A program made the position numbers and the translations under genes. 64,000 nucleotides of DNA, from NCBI GenBank assembly GCA_004764695.1, contig SMSO01000014.1:5218845-5282844 (forward strand), given 5' to 3'. Each line of letters starts with the position of its first letter. Position 1 is the first letter of the stretch. The notes beneath the pieces were generated by a model that was not told the DNA's origin, did not search any database, and was given only the letters and a program-made list of their open reading frames with translations. This document shows, one piece after another, positions 53,459-64,000 of this stretch. This DNA comes from Schizochytrium sp. TIO01 (taxonomy: Eukaryota > Protista > Bigyra: Labyrinthulomycetes).

Positions 53459-54324
53459 GTAGGCGCATTACCTCCTTGGTGACTTCGTAGAAAAGACCAG
53501 ATAGGGCCCACGCGAATAGTCATCCTACATTATACATCTACAAGACTCCATAGCAGGTCGCCTATTGACTAAAAACCTCCAAAATTATTAAATCTGAGAC
53601 CCTATACCCTATCAGTGAGGTCAGCCTACGAACTAATGCCTAGTTACGATTGATTTCTTTCTTTAAAATCTCAAATGATTTCTACATATGGCAAATAAAT
53701 AGAATCTGAATGGTGTGGTTTTATTAGGCTTGGGATGAAGTATAGTGGATTTGTAAGTGCTTTGAAGTTCTTGTCTCCACATAAAGTGAATTTGTATTTG
53801 AAATCTGGAAGCAACAGAGGGCATTAAGAACAATGGAAGTGTAGTAGCAAAGGGAATGAATCAAGAACATCTTTTCTTTTCTTGTTCTGTTCCATTTCCA
53901 AAGTATAGAATGTTTAAAAATTGGAGGCGGCTTACATGTTAGATTTTCTCATAGAGAGGTGATTATTGTTTTTTGTTGACTACCTCTCTCGAAAATATGT
54001 TCGCATAGTAGTGGGAAACTTGCGCTTTCTGAGACCCAAATCAGTACATACGCCGACCCAAAGCAAGTGATTCTACATGGAATTAATTGGTCTAGTCCTA
54101 ATTCTGCTACAGAGACGAAACTTAGGATATGCTAGTTCTTTGCTGCATCCATGATACTGTGCCGATTAGTATTTTACTAAACCATTTTAAATATGTGATG
54201 ACTTGAAGTTTCAATTTCGTTTCTGAAGAATGTTCAGTGTAGCTTTAATTGTAAATAAGTCTATCCACCTTTCACCCATGCGAGTGCCTTCTCTTATAGA
54301 GGTTCTTTGGCTTAGAAATAGACG

Positions 54325-54456
54325 ACAGATTGGCTAAGACAAAATACAGGAAATCTGGAACTGCTGCCTTCATGCCTGCTGAACAGATTGGCTCAAATTG
54401 CACACGAAGTATCTTTATTCCACTTTAAGTCCACCAAGTGATTCCCATGGGAATCA
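54325..54456 (+). promoter_or_regulatory. Two identical reverse CCAAT boxes plus an 18-bp palindrome upstream of IPK
   Basis: ACAGATTGGCT at 54325 and 54383; TGATTCCCATGGGAATCA at 54439-54456. Confidence 0.4.
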
Positions 54457-54607
54457 ATGCTAATAACACTAAGAGAATACTACCTTACACCTAATAGCAG
54501 CATCGAACTACAAAGAAACAAAGAGTATTTCGTTTGGTTTCAAGTTGGTTTTAAAAGATTTTAATGAGTTACCTCTGACAAAGCAGAATCAGACACAGCG
54601 CGCAAGC

Positions 54608-55522
54608 ATGCCAACTTACGAGAATACGTCTTCGAAAGAGCGCCCACTAGTACTGCTCAAGCTCGGCGGGGGGGCAGTTAGTAACAAGCGGAGCTTATGC
54701 GAGCCCAATAAAGAGGCTATTGATACCCTGGCAGCTGCAGTAGCAAGAGTTTGGGAAGAGGGTACTGACGTCATCGTTGTACACGGTGCAGGGTCTTTTG
54801 GCCACTTGCGTTGCCGTGCCTGGCAAGTTCACAAAGGAAGAGCCGACGTAGATGCACTCTTGCAATTCCCAATTGGTGGTGATGATTTGGGTTGTAAGAG
54901 TCAGGACGAAGCTGTAAAGCAAGTTAGAATTGACCTGCTGAAACTTCACAAGCATGTACTTCTTGCCTTAGAAAAGCATGGGGTTCCTTGCCAGAGCCGA
55001 CCCATGCATGCCCTTCCTGTACTAAACACCGGCATGGACTTTGAGGCAAACTTGCAAGAGCTTTTTAAAGGTCATAAGGCACCAGAACGCTATGTAGATG
55101 TCACCTTTGGCGATGTTGTGAACTGCTCCGCACCAAAAGATTTTGGAGTTCTGTCAGGGGATCATATCATGGCCCGCCTGGCAATGGATCTTCCGCAAGT
55201 TACACGCGCTGTCTTTGCTGTAGACGGAGTCCAAGGTCTTCTTCGGAGCCCTCCTGTAGAGGGAGAAACACAAGACCTTGTATCTGAATGGCATCCTGGT
55301 GAACCCTTGCCGGGTGCACATCATGATGCTGCCATCGACGTCACCGGGGGAATTGGCCTCAAGATGGTTTGTGCTGGAGAAATGGCGCAACATGGAGTCC
55401 CAACTCGTATCATCTATTCAGATCCCAATCGCGTGATTGCTGCATGCCGTGGCGAGCCCTGCATTGGAACATTGGTCTGTACTTCTGAAGAGGGAGAAGA
55501 GAAACAAAAGGAGAAAATATGA
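54608..55522 (+). CDS. IPK: Isopentenyl phosphate kinase (amino-acid kinase superfamily)
   Basis: LLKLGGGAVSNK, VVHGAGSFGH (second His typical of IPK), FGDVV, VLSGDHIM, DVTGGIGLK. First ATG at 54608. Confidence 0.85.
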   Translation: MPTYENTSSKERPLVLLKLGGGAVSNKRSLCEPNKEAIDTLAAAVARVWEEGTDVIVVHGAGSFGHLRCRAWQVHKGRADVDALLQFPIGGDDLGCKSQDEAVKQVRIDLLKLHKHVLLALEKHGVPCQSRPMHALPVLNTGMDFEANLQELFKGHKAPERYVDVTFGDVVNCSAPKDFGVLSGDHIMARLAMDLPQVTRAVFAVDGVQGLLRSPPVEGETQDLVSEWHPGEPLPGAHHDAAIDVTGGIGLKMVCAGEMAQHGVPTRIIYSDPNRVIAACRGEPCIGTLVCTSEEGEEKQKEKI

Positions 55523-55692
55523 ACTTGCGCCTCTTTTGAAATGAGACACACAAATTATTGCACTCTAAGAAATAATATATCGCGCGCCGTGAGATGAGTC
55601 TTCCAGGCCATGGAACTGCTAGAACCTGAGAAACATTAGCACTGGCAGCCAAATTTGCGCTCGCACCCTGAGCTTGCAACCACCTTTTACTT

Positions 55693-57174
55693 TTAGTTGT
55701 CGTCATCAGAGTCGTCATCACTTTCGTCGAACACCATCTTTTTACCTTCGAAGGCCACAATCTGGGGTTTCGTCTCCAACTTAGCTTGCCAGGACGGGTG
55801 AAGATTCTTCGTATCCTCCGCTGCTGCTGCAGGGGCTGCGGCGTCACCACTCTTGGTGTTGAGAATGTCAGCTGCAGTTGCGTCTGCTCCCTCGCCAGCT
55901 GCAGCTGTAGCTGCAGCTTTGCTATCTTTCTCGCGTTTAAGTCTCTTGGGTGGGGGGGGTGCTTCTCCTCGAGCAATGGCCTTGCGGCGCTCTCGGGACT
56001 CTTTGATGGCAGCTTGACGCTGACGCTCACGTTGTCCCATGCGGTTACGCGGTTTAGAGCTAATTTCAGCAAAGGGGTCATGCGGATCTACTCCGATTAC
56101 CTCAATTTGGTCAGTGTAGGTTTGTGGATGGCGAAGACGCCAGTGGGTCAGCCGAGCTTCCGTTGTTAGGAATCGCGCCTGGCATGTACTAACTCCACAT
56201 GGAATCTTACGCGCTTTGCGTGCCTCTTCTGTATTGGACGCGGCACGAGCTTCACGCCGGCGTCGGTTTTTGAGAATCTTCTTGCGCGTTCGCATGTAGT
56301 CAACACGCTCTTCAAGTTTCCGCACAGTGGAAATCACGGCCTTATGTTTCTTGAGACGATCCTCAAATGCTTCAAGGATGGCAGTGCGCGCCTCTTCAAT
56401 ACCCTCCTGAGCTTCCTCTCCTTCGTCATCTTCATCATCCTCATCCGCTTTGGCCTTTTCATATTTGTCGCCCTTTTCCCATTCCTTCTCGAGCTTCTCA
56501 GGAACTGAAATCCCTGCACTCTGAATCAACTGCCTTGCGAAAGGGCGATAGTTAAAGGCCTTTAGCACGGACACTTTGCGTTGAAGACGTTTTGTATCTG
56601 GGGTTTTCTTGGCCAACTCACCATCTCCCTTCTTTTTTGCCTCGGCTGCGATGCGCTCGGCTGTGTCGCGTCCGCTCTTTAGTTTACGAATGGCCTTTTG
56701 TAGTTCAAAGCGGTGGACTTTCTTGATAGCTTGACAGATTGATCGAGACGGAAGCAACAGCATCCCTTTTAAGCGTGCCTCTTCTGCGCTGGGTTCAGTT
56801 TTTTTGGTGTTGTTCTTATTCCCGTCGTTGTTGTTATCATTTGATTTATCACCCTTTTTACCTGCACCGGTTTCACTGGTTTCTTCTTCGTTGTTGTCGT
56901 CGTCGTCCTCATCATCATCTTTCTCTTCTTTCTCTCCATTTTCTTCGTCACTTTCGTTGTTGGACTTGCTAGACTTGTTGGCCTTGGTGGTCTTCAGGTT
57001 GTGGTTCCCGTGGTCGCTGTGGTCGCTGTGTTCATCCTCACTTGAGCTGTCACCATCTTCTTCTGCGTCTACATGGACTGCTTCTTGATCCACGTCCTGC
57101 TCCTCTGCAGGTGAGGAAGCAGACGAGGATGAGGACATGGACTCCTCTTCCTCCGAGCGCACTCTCTTTGCCAT
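55693..57174 (-). CDS. BUD22 / SRFBP1-like ribosome biogenesis factor containing a C2H2 zinc finger
   Basis: AIKKVHRFELQKAIRKLK, NRMGQRERQRQA, LHPSWQAK and terminal FEGKKMVFD match BUD22-family motifs. Acidic N-terminus. Confidence 0.85.
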   Translation of the reverse strand: MAKRVRSEEEESMSSSSSASSPAEEQDVDQEAVHVDAEEDGDSSSEDEHSDHSDHGNHNLKTTKANKSSKSNNESDEENGEKEEKDDDEDDDDNNEEETSETGAGKKGDKSNDNNNDGNKNNTKKTEPSAEEARLKGMLLLPSRSICQAIKKVHRFELQKAIRKLKSGRDTAERIAAEAKKKGDGELAKKTPDTKRLQRKVSVLKAFNYRPFARQLIQSAGISVPEKLEKEWEKGDKYEKAKADEDDEDDEGEEAQEGIEEARTAILEAFEDRLKKHKAVISTVRKLEERVDYMRTRKKILKNRRRREARAASNTEEARKARKIPCGVSTCQARFLTTEARLTHWRLRHPQTYTDQIEVIGVDPHDPFAEISSKPRNRMGQRERQRQAAIKESRERRKAIARGEAPPPPKRLKREKDSKAAATAAAGEGADATAADILNTKSGDAAAPAAAAEDTKNLHPSWQAKLETKPQIVAFEGKKMVFDESDDDSDDDN

Positions 57175-59822
57175 CTTTGCTCTCTTCCTTGTCGCTCCGA
57201 TTTGATTTGCTTTGCTCTTTCTCCTTCACTCGTTCTGGTTCTCTCTTTCTGTCCCTTCATTTTCCATCACCTTCAACTTATCTCCACCTTCATTCTAAAG
57301 CCTTTTACATAGTACCTACATAGTAGGTAGTAGGTATATCACCTGCTATGATAACTCATAGCAATACTGAGCCAGTATTAGTAGGCTCTGCCCTCCCTAC
57401 CACTCTCACTAATCACTGAGTTAATTAAAAACTCTATGACTGAGGTTAAAAACCGCAAGCTCAAACAAGCACTTAATTACTCTCACTAGTCAGAGGTACT
57501 GAGTTAAAACAGTTTAATTTGAGACAAAAATTCAAGCCAAAACAATCACTCAACAAGCAAGCTACCTAGGTACCTACCCCTATTATTTTAATTCAATTCG
57601 GTACCCTAGAATGTCTAATATTTGAGTATTAGTAGCTCAATAGTAAAACAGATCACATACCTACATGAAAAGTCATCATCTACGATGCACAAACGAATCA
57701 CAAGTATCCTTTTTGAAAGTATTCATACCCAAAATGCTCAAAATAGAATGTTTGCAAATAGCAATTAGCAAGGCTAAATCAGAGCTATAAAAGAGTTCAA
57801 ACATGTGTTATTCCAAATGCAAAAACCAATGTGTCACTACTAACATCAATCTATGCTTGTTTCTAGCCTGTATCAAATATTCCTGCTCCTTTTCTATTAT
57901 TTCTCGAAAAACAATCCATAATTAATTAAAAGGCAGTTACTGATTATTATGAACTTGCCATTCATCGAATACATGAATAAAATTTAAACCGCATTTTCAA
58001 GGAAGGTATCATCATGAACATTGCAAAAATGTCGTCAAATTATTGCTGACGCCAGAGTAACACTGGACCAGCGTTGAAAAGCGTAACATGGAAATTCGTC
58101 ATTTTTTAAATGGGGTTATAAGTCTCTCGTTTAAGAAATTACTCAGCTATAGTTGCACTTTGACAGCTAAGCATCTATCTAACGGCCTTTACATTTGGCA
58201 ATGTTATCAATTTTGGTATCCCTCCGCCTTTGTGTTGATAACCTCTCTTTCAAAACTACTATACCTAATAAATTATTCGTTAAGCCAAACCTTGAGACGC
58301 GTCGATAATGTTTTGCACTACCACCAATCAGTAAGGGAAAACATAGTAATATGGAAAATTTGTTAAACGCTATGCTTTGATTGTATCTTTACAATAACAA
58401 AAAAAAATTGTTATTATCAATTTTAATTTTATTTTTAAATAAATTAAAATGATAGGAGTAGACTCAAATTAGGTTGTCCAGAGTCGTGAACCTTTGTCTT
58501 CACTGTTATGTACCAACTTTCAAGTTGGAAAAATTGAGCCATACCAAAATTTTATGCGACTAGATAAATATCAAGTAGAGCCGAAGATTCTTTGCCAATG
58601 GAGTATCTACTACTTCGCTGCACCTGTAGAATATCACTTTCAAGAGGAAACTCATGTTTAAGTCTTTGAGAAGGAATAAAACATTGCAAACCGTAACAAT
58701 TTGGAGCGGGAGAAGCGCAGAGGCGAGGCTCAACAAACATAAGAGTTTGCTTCAAACACAGGTTTTGATCTAAGATAACTGCTCACGAATCAACTATTAG
58801 TCAAGTGAGTCAGCTCCAATCAGGATACTTTTAGCTGGGGTATTACTCCGCATGTGTCTTTGTTCTAAACTCACCTCGCGCTATTGAGCTTTATTCAGTC
58901 TCGGTGACACAAGTGACCGAAGAAGGTACGATTTTAGTTTTGTCACATGATAGAGTCATGCTGGGCTGCTAGTGCTCAAATAGCAGCAAGTATATGTAGC
59001 AGTAGCTATGTGCCTTATTCTTTACTACTTTTACATCTTTTTTATTGTGTTTTGGGTTTTTTGTTTTGTTTTATATACTAACATTACCGCTGGCAGAAGT
59101 ACTATTAGTGATTACTCATAGTATTTTGTAGGACTGTAGAAGGCACTTGCTAAGATCCACCATCGTCATTCATGTTTGTGAGTCGCACCCCCCCTGAACA
59201 AGAACAACTCTGCATATGTAGATGATAGAGCGTAAAGTTCATTTCGAATCTGCTCGTTTGCCCGGCCTGGAGTACGAGCAGGCACGCTCGTGGAGTGTCC
59301 TTCTATATCCGCCTGCCTGCTGCTGATTACCCGAGTGCTATCACGCACTAGCTTGGGCTCAAAGCTTTGAAATAAGAGGGGATTCGCCATTCAGATTGCA
59401 AGGTTCTACGAAGTCTGAAGAATCAACTGCCACCTTTCGCTGTAAGAAACCATTAATCCCGAATTAAATACGTTGCATAAACGGGCTCCAAGGATTAACT
59501 CGACCTTTGGCAGTCAGTTGTTTGCAAAATATTTCTTATTTGCCTTGGATCGACTTTGGGAATCTGAATCTATATCTTCACGTAAGCTAACTTGCCTAAG
59601 AGCCGAAGGTCGACGCCTTACAATTTTAAGGAAACATTGTCTTGTGCTGCACCCTTCCTTTGCCTTGGGTAGATCGCTAATCGTTACTCTCGTGTAGTCC
59701 TGATACCTTCATACTTAGTCGATTTCTAAGTGTAGTGCTTGAATCTCCTTCATGATAAAGCATCCGTTATAGACTTTGCTGCACTTTGAAATTTTAAAAG
59801 TGCTCTATTGTCGAACGCGAGA

Positions 59823-62800
59823 ATGTCAAGTCACCGGCTGCCTAGAAGAGTGTCCTCTTCGGATAACGGTGCCAGTGTAGACAAAGATGGACCTGGCCCA
59901 AAATTAGGGAGAACAGGCTCCTCAAGAATGGCCTTCCCGGTTATCACTGCTGCATCTAAATTTCTGCGAAGCACGCAAGCTAGCAACCGCAGAATGTCTA
60001 CCGTTGAAACTTCACAAGCAGACACCGCTTCTCAGGTACTGATGCTAGGTGATATTGTAAGTCTCTGTACTGTTGAGGGAAATGGATCTGATGGTGGTTT
60101 ACTAATTGCGGATGGCATGTACAATACTAGCGTAGGCCTACTGCACCCAGATGATGAACTCTTAGACAATACAAAAGGCGAAGTCAACGAAACAGTTTCT
60201 TCTAACAAACGGAACATAGAACCAGAGCGAGGTTTCACTAATATTGCTGATGCAGACACAAGCGCTAATGACGGTGATCGAGACAATGAATCTTCCATGG
60301 ACCACAGCGCTGGGCATCACAGTGAGGAAGAAGATGCCTATGGTAGCGGCGTCTTTGAGTCTAATGAAAACCTCACTCCAAACAGATTAAACCTTCATTT
60401 TCGTATTTGTCCACAGCTACGCTACGAAATGCAGCGTAACCTTGAGAAAAGCAAAGTTGGAACATATTCAGAAGCTCAACGCGCGTATCTTCTAGCACGA
60501 TCACAAAAGGAGGAAAACGATAATAGCTTGAGATTACAACAATTTACCAAACGGTCTAAGTCACAAGCAGGTTCTCGCCGTAGAATATTACGTTATGGTG
60601 ATACAGTACAGCTCCAGCACGTCAAAAGCGGTAAATTCTTAAGTATGGCCCCCAAAAAGGTAGCCAAGATTCGCAAGGATTGTTTAGTTGTGGACCTTCT
60701 TCATGGAGGATCAGAGTCTTCCTGGTTTCAGGTTCTACCGCGCTTCAAAGTTCGCGCAGAAGGCGCTCCAATTTTTGCAGGAGACCAAATATTTCTTCGC
60801 TCTGTCAAACAAACGGAGTACTATCTCAATACAACGAGTGAGACAGTTCCGCGTCTACTTGTAGCCAATGAATGTCTTGGACTCACTGAAGAGCGAGCAC
60901 TCCGTGAAGTAAATTTAAGTATTGACTGTGCAACTTGGCGAATGCACTTAGCCGCACGTGGCGCAAATACAGAGGCCCCCACGCATATGTACGACTGCCA
61001 GGCAATATATCTTTATCATCCAGAAATTGAAGCCCTTCTCGGTGCACCTTTCGACTACGCCTCGCGACAGGCTATGTGGTATTCTGCCGATCGTGATGCA
61101 CTTGTGAAACCGGACTATAGTGTTTGGATTGCAGAAAATGCGACAAATCTTATGGAATGGCAACAACTTACAGGATCGCAGCCCAACCCTCCACCCCAAA
61201 GGAAGCGTCCAAACATTCTTGCGACAATGCGCAACTTCTCCTTCAATGGCAGTTCAACCTCCATTGGACAAAGCTCCACTGGAGAGGCTTCAGAGCGCTC
61301 CACAGGAAGTGTTGCTGCGCTGGCAGGAAAAACGGCTACATCAAGCCAAAATACGGGAGCAATTCAATGGAACTCTCGAGTCGCACTACGCCACTTAGCC
61401 ACAGGTCGGTATCTGTCTGTAAAGCCAGGGTCTCTTCACGCTGATTATATCGAAGAACATGGCACTCTTGAACTTGAAACAACAACTTCCTTCCGCGGCA
61501 TGCTATCTTCGTTCCAATTTATACCAGCTTTAAGCAAAGCACGCGCTTCGGCTGGAGACCAAGACGATTCTGGTGATTCTGACTCGGATAGTGGTCTTAC
61601 GGGTGATGCTCACTCTCAGAAAGGCATTCGCTTTGACGAAATGACCTGCTTCCTGGCGTTCGAACCGCCCACCCCACTCATTCTTAATGATGGAATGACT
61701 TCAAGAAGATTTTTTCTCCATGCTCCTCCAGATGGATCTGTTTGTGTGTCTTTAGTCAGGCACGACCAGGATGCCTTAGTAGGTACTCCTGCTACCCTAG
61801 ATACTGTTCGTGCCGTAGAGAGCATCAAGTCATGGGCAAGAGTTGCTATGAATTACTCAAATCTTCTGAGAACGCGTTTATCTTCTCAGTCTTCTTTAGG
61901 TGCCACTGCAAGTCGACGCACTACTGAGACTAACATCACGCGAGCAGAAGCTACTCCAATGATAGAAGTCATTCTTGAGCTACTCGCATTTTGCAGAGGT
62001 GAAACCTCGTACCACTCTCACGAGAATCTTAACTTTGCTTCTAACGAAGCGGAGATTGATGATGAAAATGTTCGAGCAGAACTTGTAGACTACGAACTCA
62101 GTGTTGCAAGCCGGATTTTCCAGGAGCCTTTAGCACCTTCGCAACTCGCAACTCAGGTCCGATTAGCATCTATGCGTCTCTTTGAGATCTTATTTCATGT
62201 TTGTGCAATGCCAGAAGCAGTTCTTGCAAATGACTGGATAGAGAAACTTCGATCTACCCCTTTTCGATGGGCCTACTTCATTCACCGGCTTTGCTTTCGT
62301 GCAGTCACTGCAATTTTCCAAAATAGTCGAGAACTAGAGCTTGCACTTGCAGATACCCAAATTCCGCGCCCTCCGCGTCATTTCTGCGATTTTTTTTATG
62401 CTCAACGTGCCAAAACAAACTTTGAATCAGTTCTAATGTCAGTGAGCCGGCAGCTCTCTTGTGGCGTTGGTGCAGTGACTATGCTTCGACGCCTTGTGAC
62501 GAATAACGAAATCTTGCTGGACTCCAAGTTCAAGGCGCCTCAAATTGCGTACCTGGTTGGCCTAATAAGGAAACATGGGCCTCACAAGCGTTTTGTAGAC
62601 CTTTTAGCATCACTTTGTACGTGCAGAGATCTAGCTGAAGGTGTATCGAAATGTATTGTTTCCAATCAGGAGCTTATTGTCCTGGAGATTTTCCGACACC
62701 ACCCTGAGCAGGTACTTCTTGAGGTCGCATATCAGCTTGATGAGACTAGTAACCAGGAAGATAACCTTAACATCAAGTCTGAAACTATTGAGACAGGCTA

Positions 62801-64000
62801 TGAAGGAGCAGGGCACACAACCTGGGATCATCAGAAGTCCGTGTCTGGTTCAGTACCACGTAATAATATGACTTCGAATATTGCTTCTGAACAAATTCGG
62901 GATGCTTCCCAGGAGCAATTTGCAGCTCTCCAGGAGCAAGTCCTAGGCGGAGACAAGCTCTTGAATTTTGACAAAGCTGGCCACCACAAGTTGCGTCAAG
63001 GCGACATCTTAATAACATGGAACAAAGGACTTCTCGCTAGGACTCCAAGTCAGCTTAACTGCCTTGTGGCATATGAAAGTGAAGGGAAGCTGTGGGTTAA
63101 TTTGGAAGAGCTTCAAGACACTGACGATCCTGACGCTGAGAAACTCTGTTCATATTTACATGGCCAGCTGGTCCTGATGACACGATTAGCGGAAGGTCGT
63201 TCCTACAATTGTATTCAAATACTTGAGCAGGTATATTCCTTTGAGGCGCTTGTTATGGGTGCAAGCAACGCGCGCCTTCGTCCGCAGATTCGAGGAGCAT
63301 TTTGTGAATTGTTAGGTGCTTTATATCTTGACCGATATCCTCACGTACCTATGAATTTGCCTCGCCGAGTTCATTTTCGCATTCAAAATCTAGCAAAATC
63401 GGAGAATAGTATTTACGGACGCTATAGGGAGATGCCTACATGTTTGATGCTTTTCAACAAACGAGAACTGCGTTATGAAGATGGGAATGATGCCACGTAT
63501 AGCAAAAACTTCGTGTCGAAGGTTCTTTCGGGTAACACTGGTCCATTCTTCCGGTTATGTGGACCCGATAAATTCCTATTACCTCGAGAGCTTATTCTCA
63601 AAGCGTTGTTAGAGTATGCTGCATTTATAGAGGCAAAGGGTGTTACGCAACCACACCAATGTGATGGGCATTCGGCATTAGCGTCAGCTACTGACGAGAT
63701 GGAAATATCAGATCCTCGTCCAAGAACAGGCACAGAAGCCAGTCAACGAAGTGTGAAAAGCATATCACGCGCTCAAAGTCCGGCGAACGAGCAATCATCT
63801 GGTAGGGAGCGCACATATAGTGAACCTCTCACAGCGTCAACTTCTCAGCAAAACAAAATAAGCATCCAAAGCGAGGATGGTCGTGCTCTGTTCGCAAGCC
63901 AGCTTATAGCTCTTGGAGAAAAACTCATGGTGATGGGATTTCACTCGTCCCCTGAACAAATAATCAGCTTGTGCCGAGCTGCAGTGCAACTGTTAGAGTT
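59823..64000 (+). CDS. Inositol 1,4,5-trisphosphate/ryanodine receptor family Ca2+ channel, 5' part (truncated by window end)
   Basis: Not in the ORF track. Manual translation from ATG 59823 is open to the window end (~1390 codons). Colinear IP3R motifs: LMLGDIVSL, FRICPQLRY, LRYGDTVQLQHVKSGKFL, SSWFQVLPRFKVR, EVNLSIDCATW, WNSRVALRHLATGRYL (MIR), RLCFRAV, LVTNNEILL, RFVDLLASLC, NQELI, RGAFCELLGALYLDRYP. Confidence 0.93.
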   Translation, partial: MSSHRLPRRVSSSDNGASVDKDGPGPKLGRTGSSRMAFPVITAASKFLRSTQASNRRMSTVETSQADTASQVLMLGDIVSLCTVEGNGSDGGLLIADGMYNTSVGLLHPDDELLDNTKGEVNETVSSNKRNIEPERGFTNIADADTSANDGDRDNESSMDHSAGHHSEEEDAYGSGVFESNENLTPNRLNLHFRICPQLRYEMQRNLEKSKVGTYSEAQRAYLLARSQKEENDNSLRLQQFTKRSKSQAGSRRRILRYGDTVQLQHVKSGKFLSMAPKKVAKIRKDCLVVDLLHGGSESSWFQVLPRFKVRAEGAPIFAGDQIFLRSVKQTEYYLNTTSETVPRLLVANECLGLTEERALREVNLSIDCATWRMHLAARGANTEAPTHMYDCQAIYLYHPEIEALLGAPFDYASRQAMWYSADRDALVKPDYSVWIAENATNLMEWQQLTGSQPNPPPQRKRPNILATMRNFSFNGSSTSIGQSSTGEASERSTGSVAALAGKTATSSQNTGAIQWNSRVALRHLATGRYLSVKPGSLHADYIEEHGTLELETTTSFRGMLSSFQFIPALSKARASAGDQDDSGDSDSDSGLTGDAHSQKGIRFDEMTCFLAFEPPTPLILNDGMTSRRFFLHAPPDGSVCVSLVRHDQDALVGTPATLDTVRAVESIKSWARVAMNYSNLLRTRLSSQSSLGATASRRTTETNITRAEATPMIEVILELLAFCRGETSYHSHENLNFASNEAEIDDENVRAELVDYELSVASRIFQEPLAPSQLATQVRLASMRLFEILFHVCAMPEAVLANDWIEKLRSTPFRWAYFIHRLCFRAVTAIFQNSRELELALADTQIPRPPRHFCDFFYAQRAKTNFESVLMSVSRQLSCGVGAVTMLRRLVTNNEILLDSKFKAPQIAYLVGLIRKHGPHKRFVDLLASLCTCRDLAEGVSKCIVSNQELIVLEIFRHHPEQVLLEVAYQLDETSNQEDNLNIKSETIETGYEGAGHTTWDHQKSVSGSVPRNNMTSNIASEQIRDASQEQFAALQEQVLGGDKLLNFDKAGHHKLRQGDILITWNKGLLARTPSQLNCLVAYESEGKLWVNLEELQDTDDPDAEKLCSYLHGQLVLMTRLAEGRSYNCIQILEQVYSFEALVMGASNARLRPQIRGAFCELLGALYLDRYPHVPMNLPRRVHFRIQNLAKSENSIYGRYREMPTCLMLFNKRELRYEDGNDATYSKNFVSKVLSGNTGPFFRLCGPDKFLLPRELILKALLEYAAFIEAKGVTQPHQCDGHSALASATDEMEISDPRPRTGTEASQRSVKSISRAQSPANEQSSGRERTYSEPLTASTSQQNKISIQSEDGRALFASQLIALGEKLMVMGFHSSPEQIISLCRAAVQLLE

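Noticed and set aside
55410-56081. 223-aa minus-strand ORF
   Set aside because: Out-of-frame overlap with the BUD22-like gene; no independent evidence.
59831-63733. Numerous short ORFs listed in the track
   Set aside because: All overlap the continuous IP3R frame in other frames or on the opposite strand.

Overview
Eukaryotic nuclear DNA with single-exon coding sequences separated by AT-rich intergenic regions and microsatellites. The organisation resembles a thraustochytrid/labyrinthulomycete protist, but that assignment is inference only. Thirteen protein-coding loci are supported: an LRR protein, a stand-alone PX-domain protein, UBA5, a PIG3-type quinone oxidoreductase, a BFR1-like coiled-coil protein, CCT6, a P/U-type cyclin, a large coiled-coil gene split by a +1 frameshift, threonine dehydratase, a myristoylated disordered protein, isopentenyl phosphate kinase, a BUD22/SRFBP1-like protein, and the 5' ~1390 codons of an IP3-receptor-family channel. 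The ORF track misses that channel because it runs off the window end. I saw no tRNA, rRNA, CRISPR array or recognisable transposase. The best leads are: (i) a dense palindrome cluster with telomere-template-like motifs at ~22.65-22.91 kb; (ii) a ~330-nt hairpin-rich orphan island at ~40 kb; (iii) an H/ACA-like RNA in a putative CCT6 5'-UTR intron; (iv) an IP3R that appears to lack most IP3-binding residues; (v) UBA5 with a long repeat tail; (vi) BUD22 with an inserted C2H2 finger; (vii) the frameshifted coiled-coil gene. All homology calls are motif recognition by eye and all RNA structures were folded by hand. No multi-gene novel system can be demonstrated from sequence alone.
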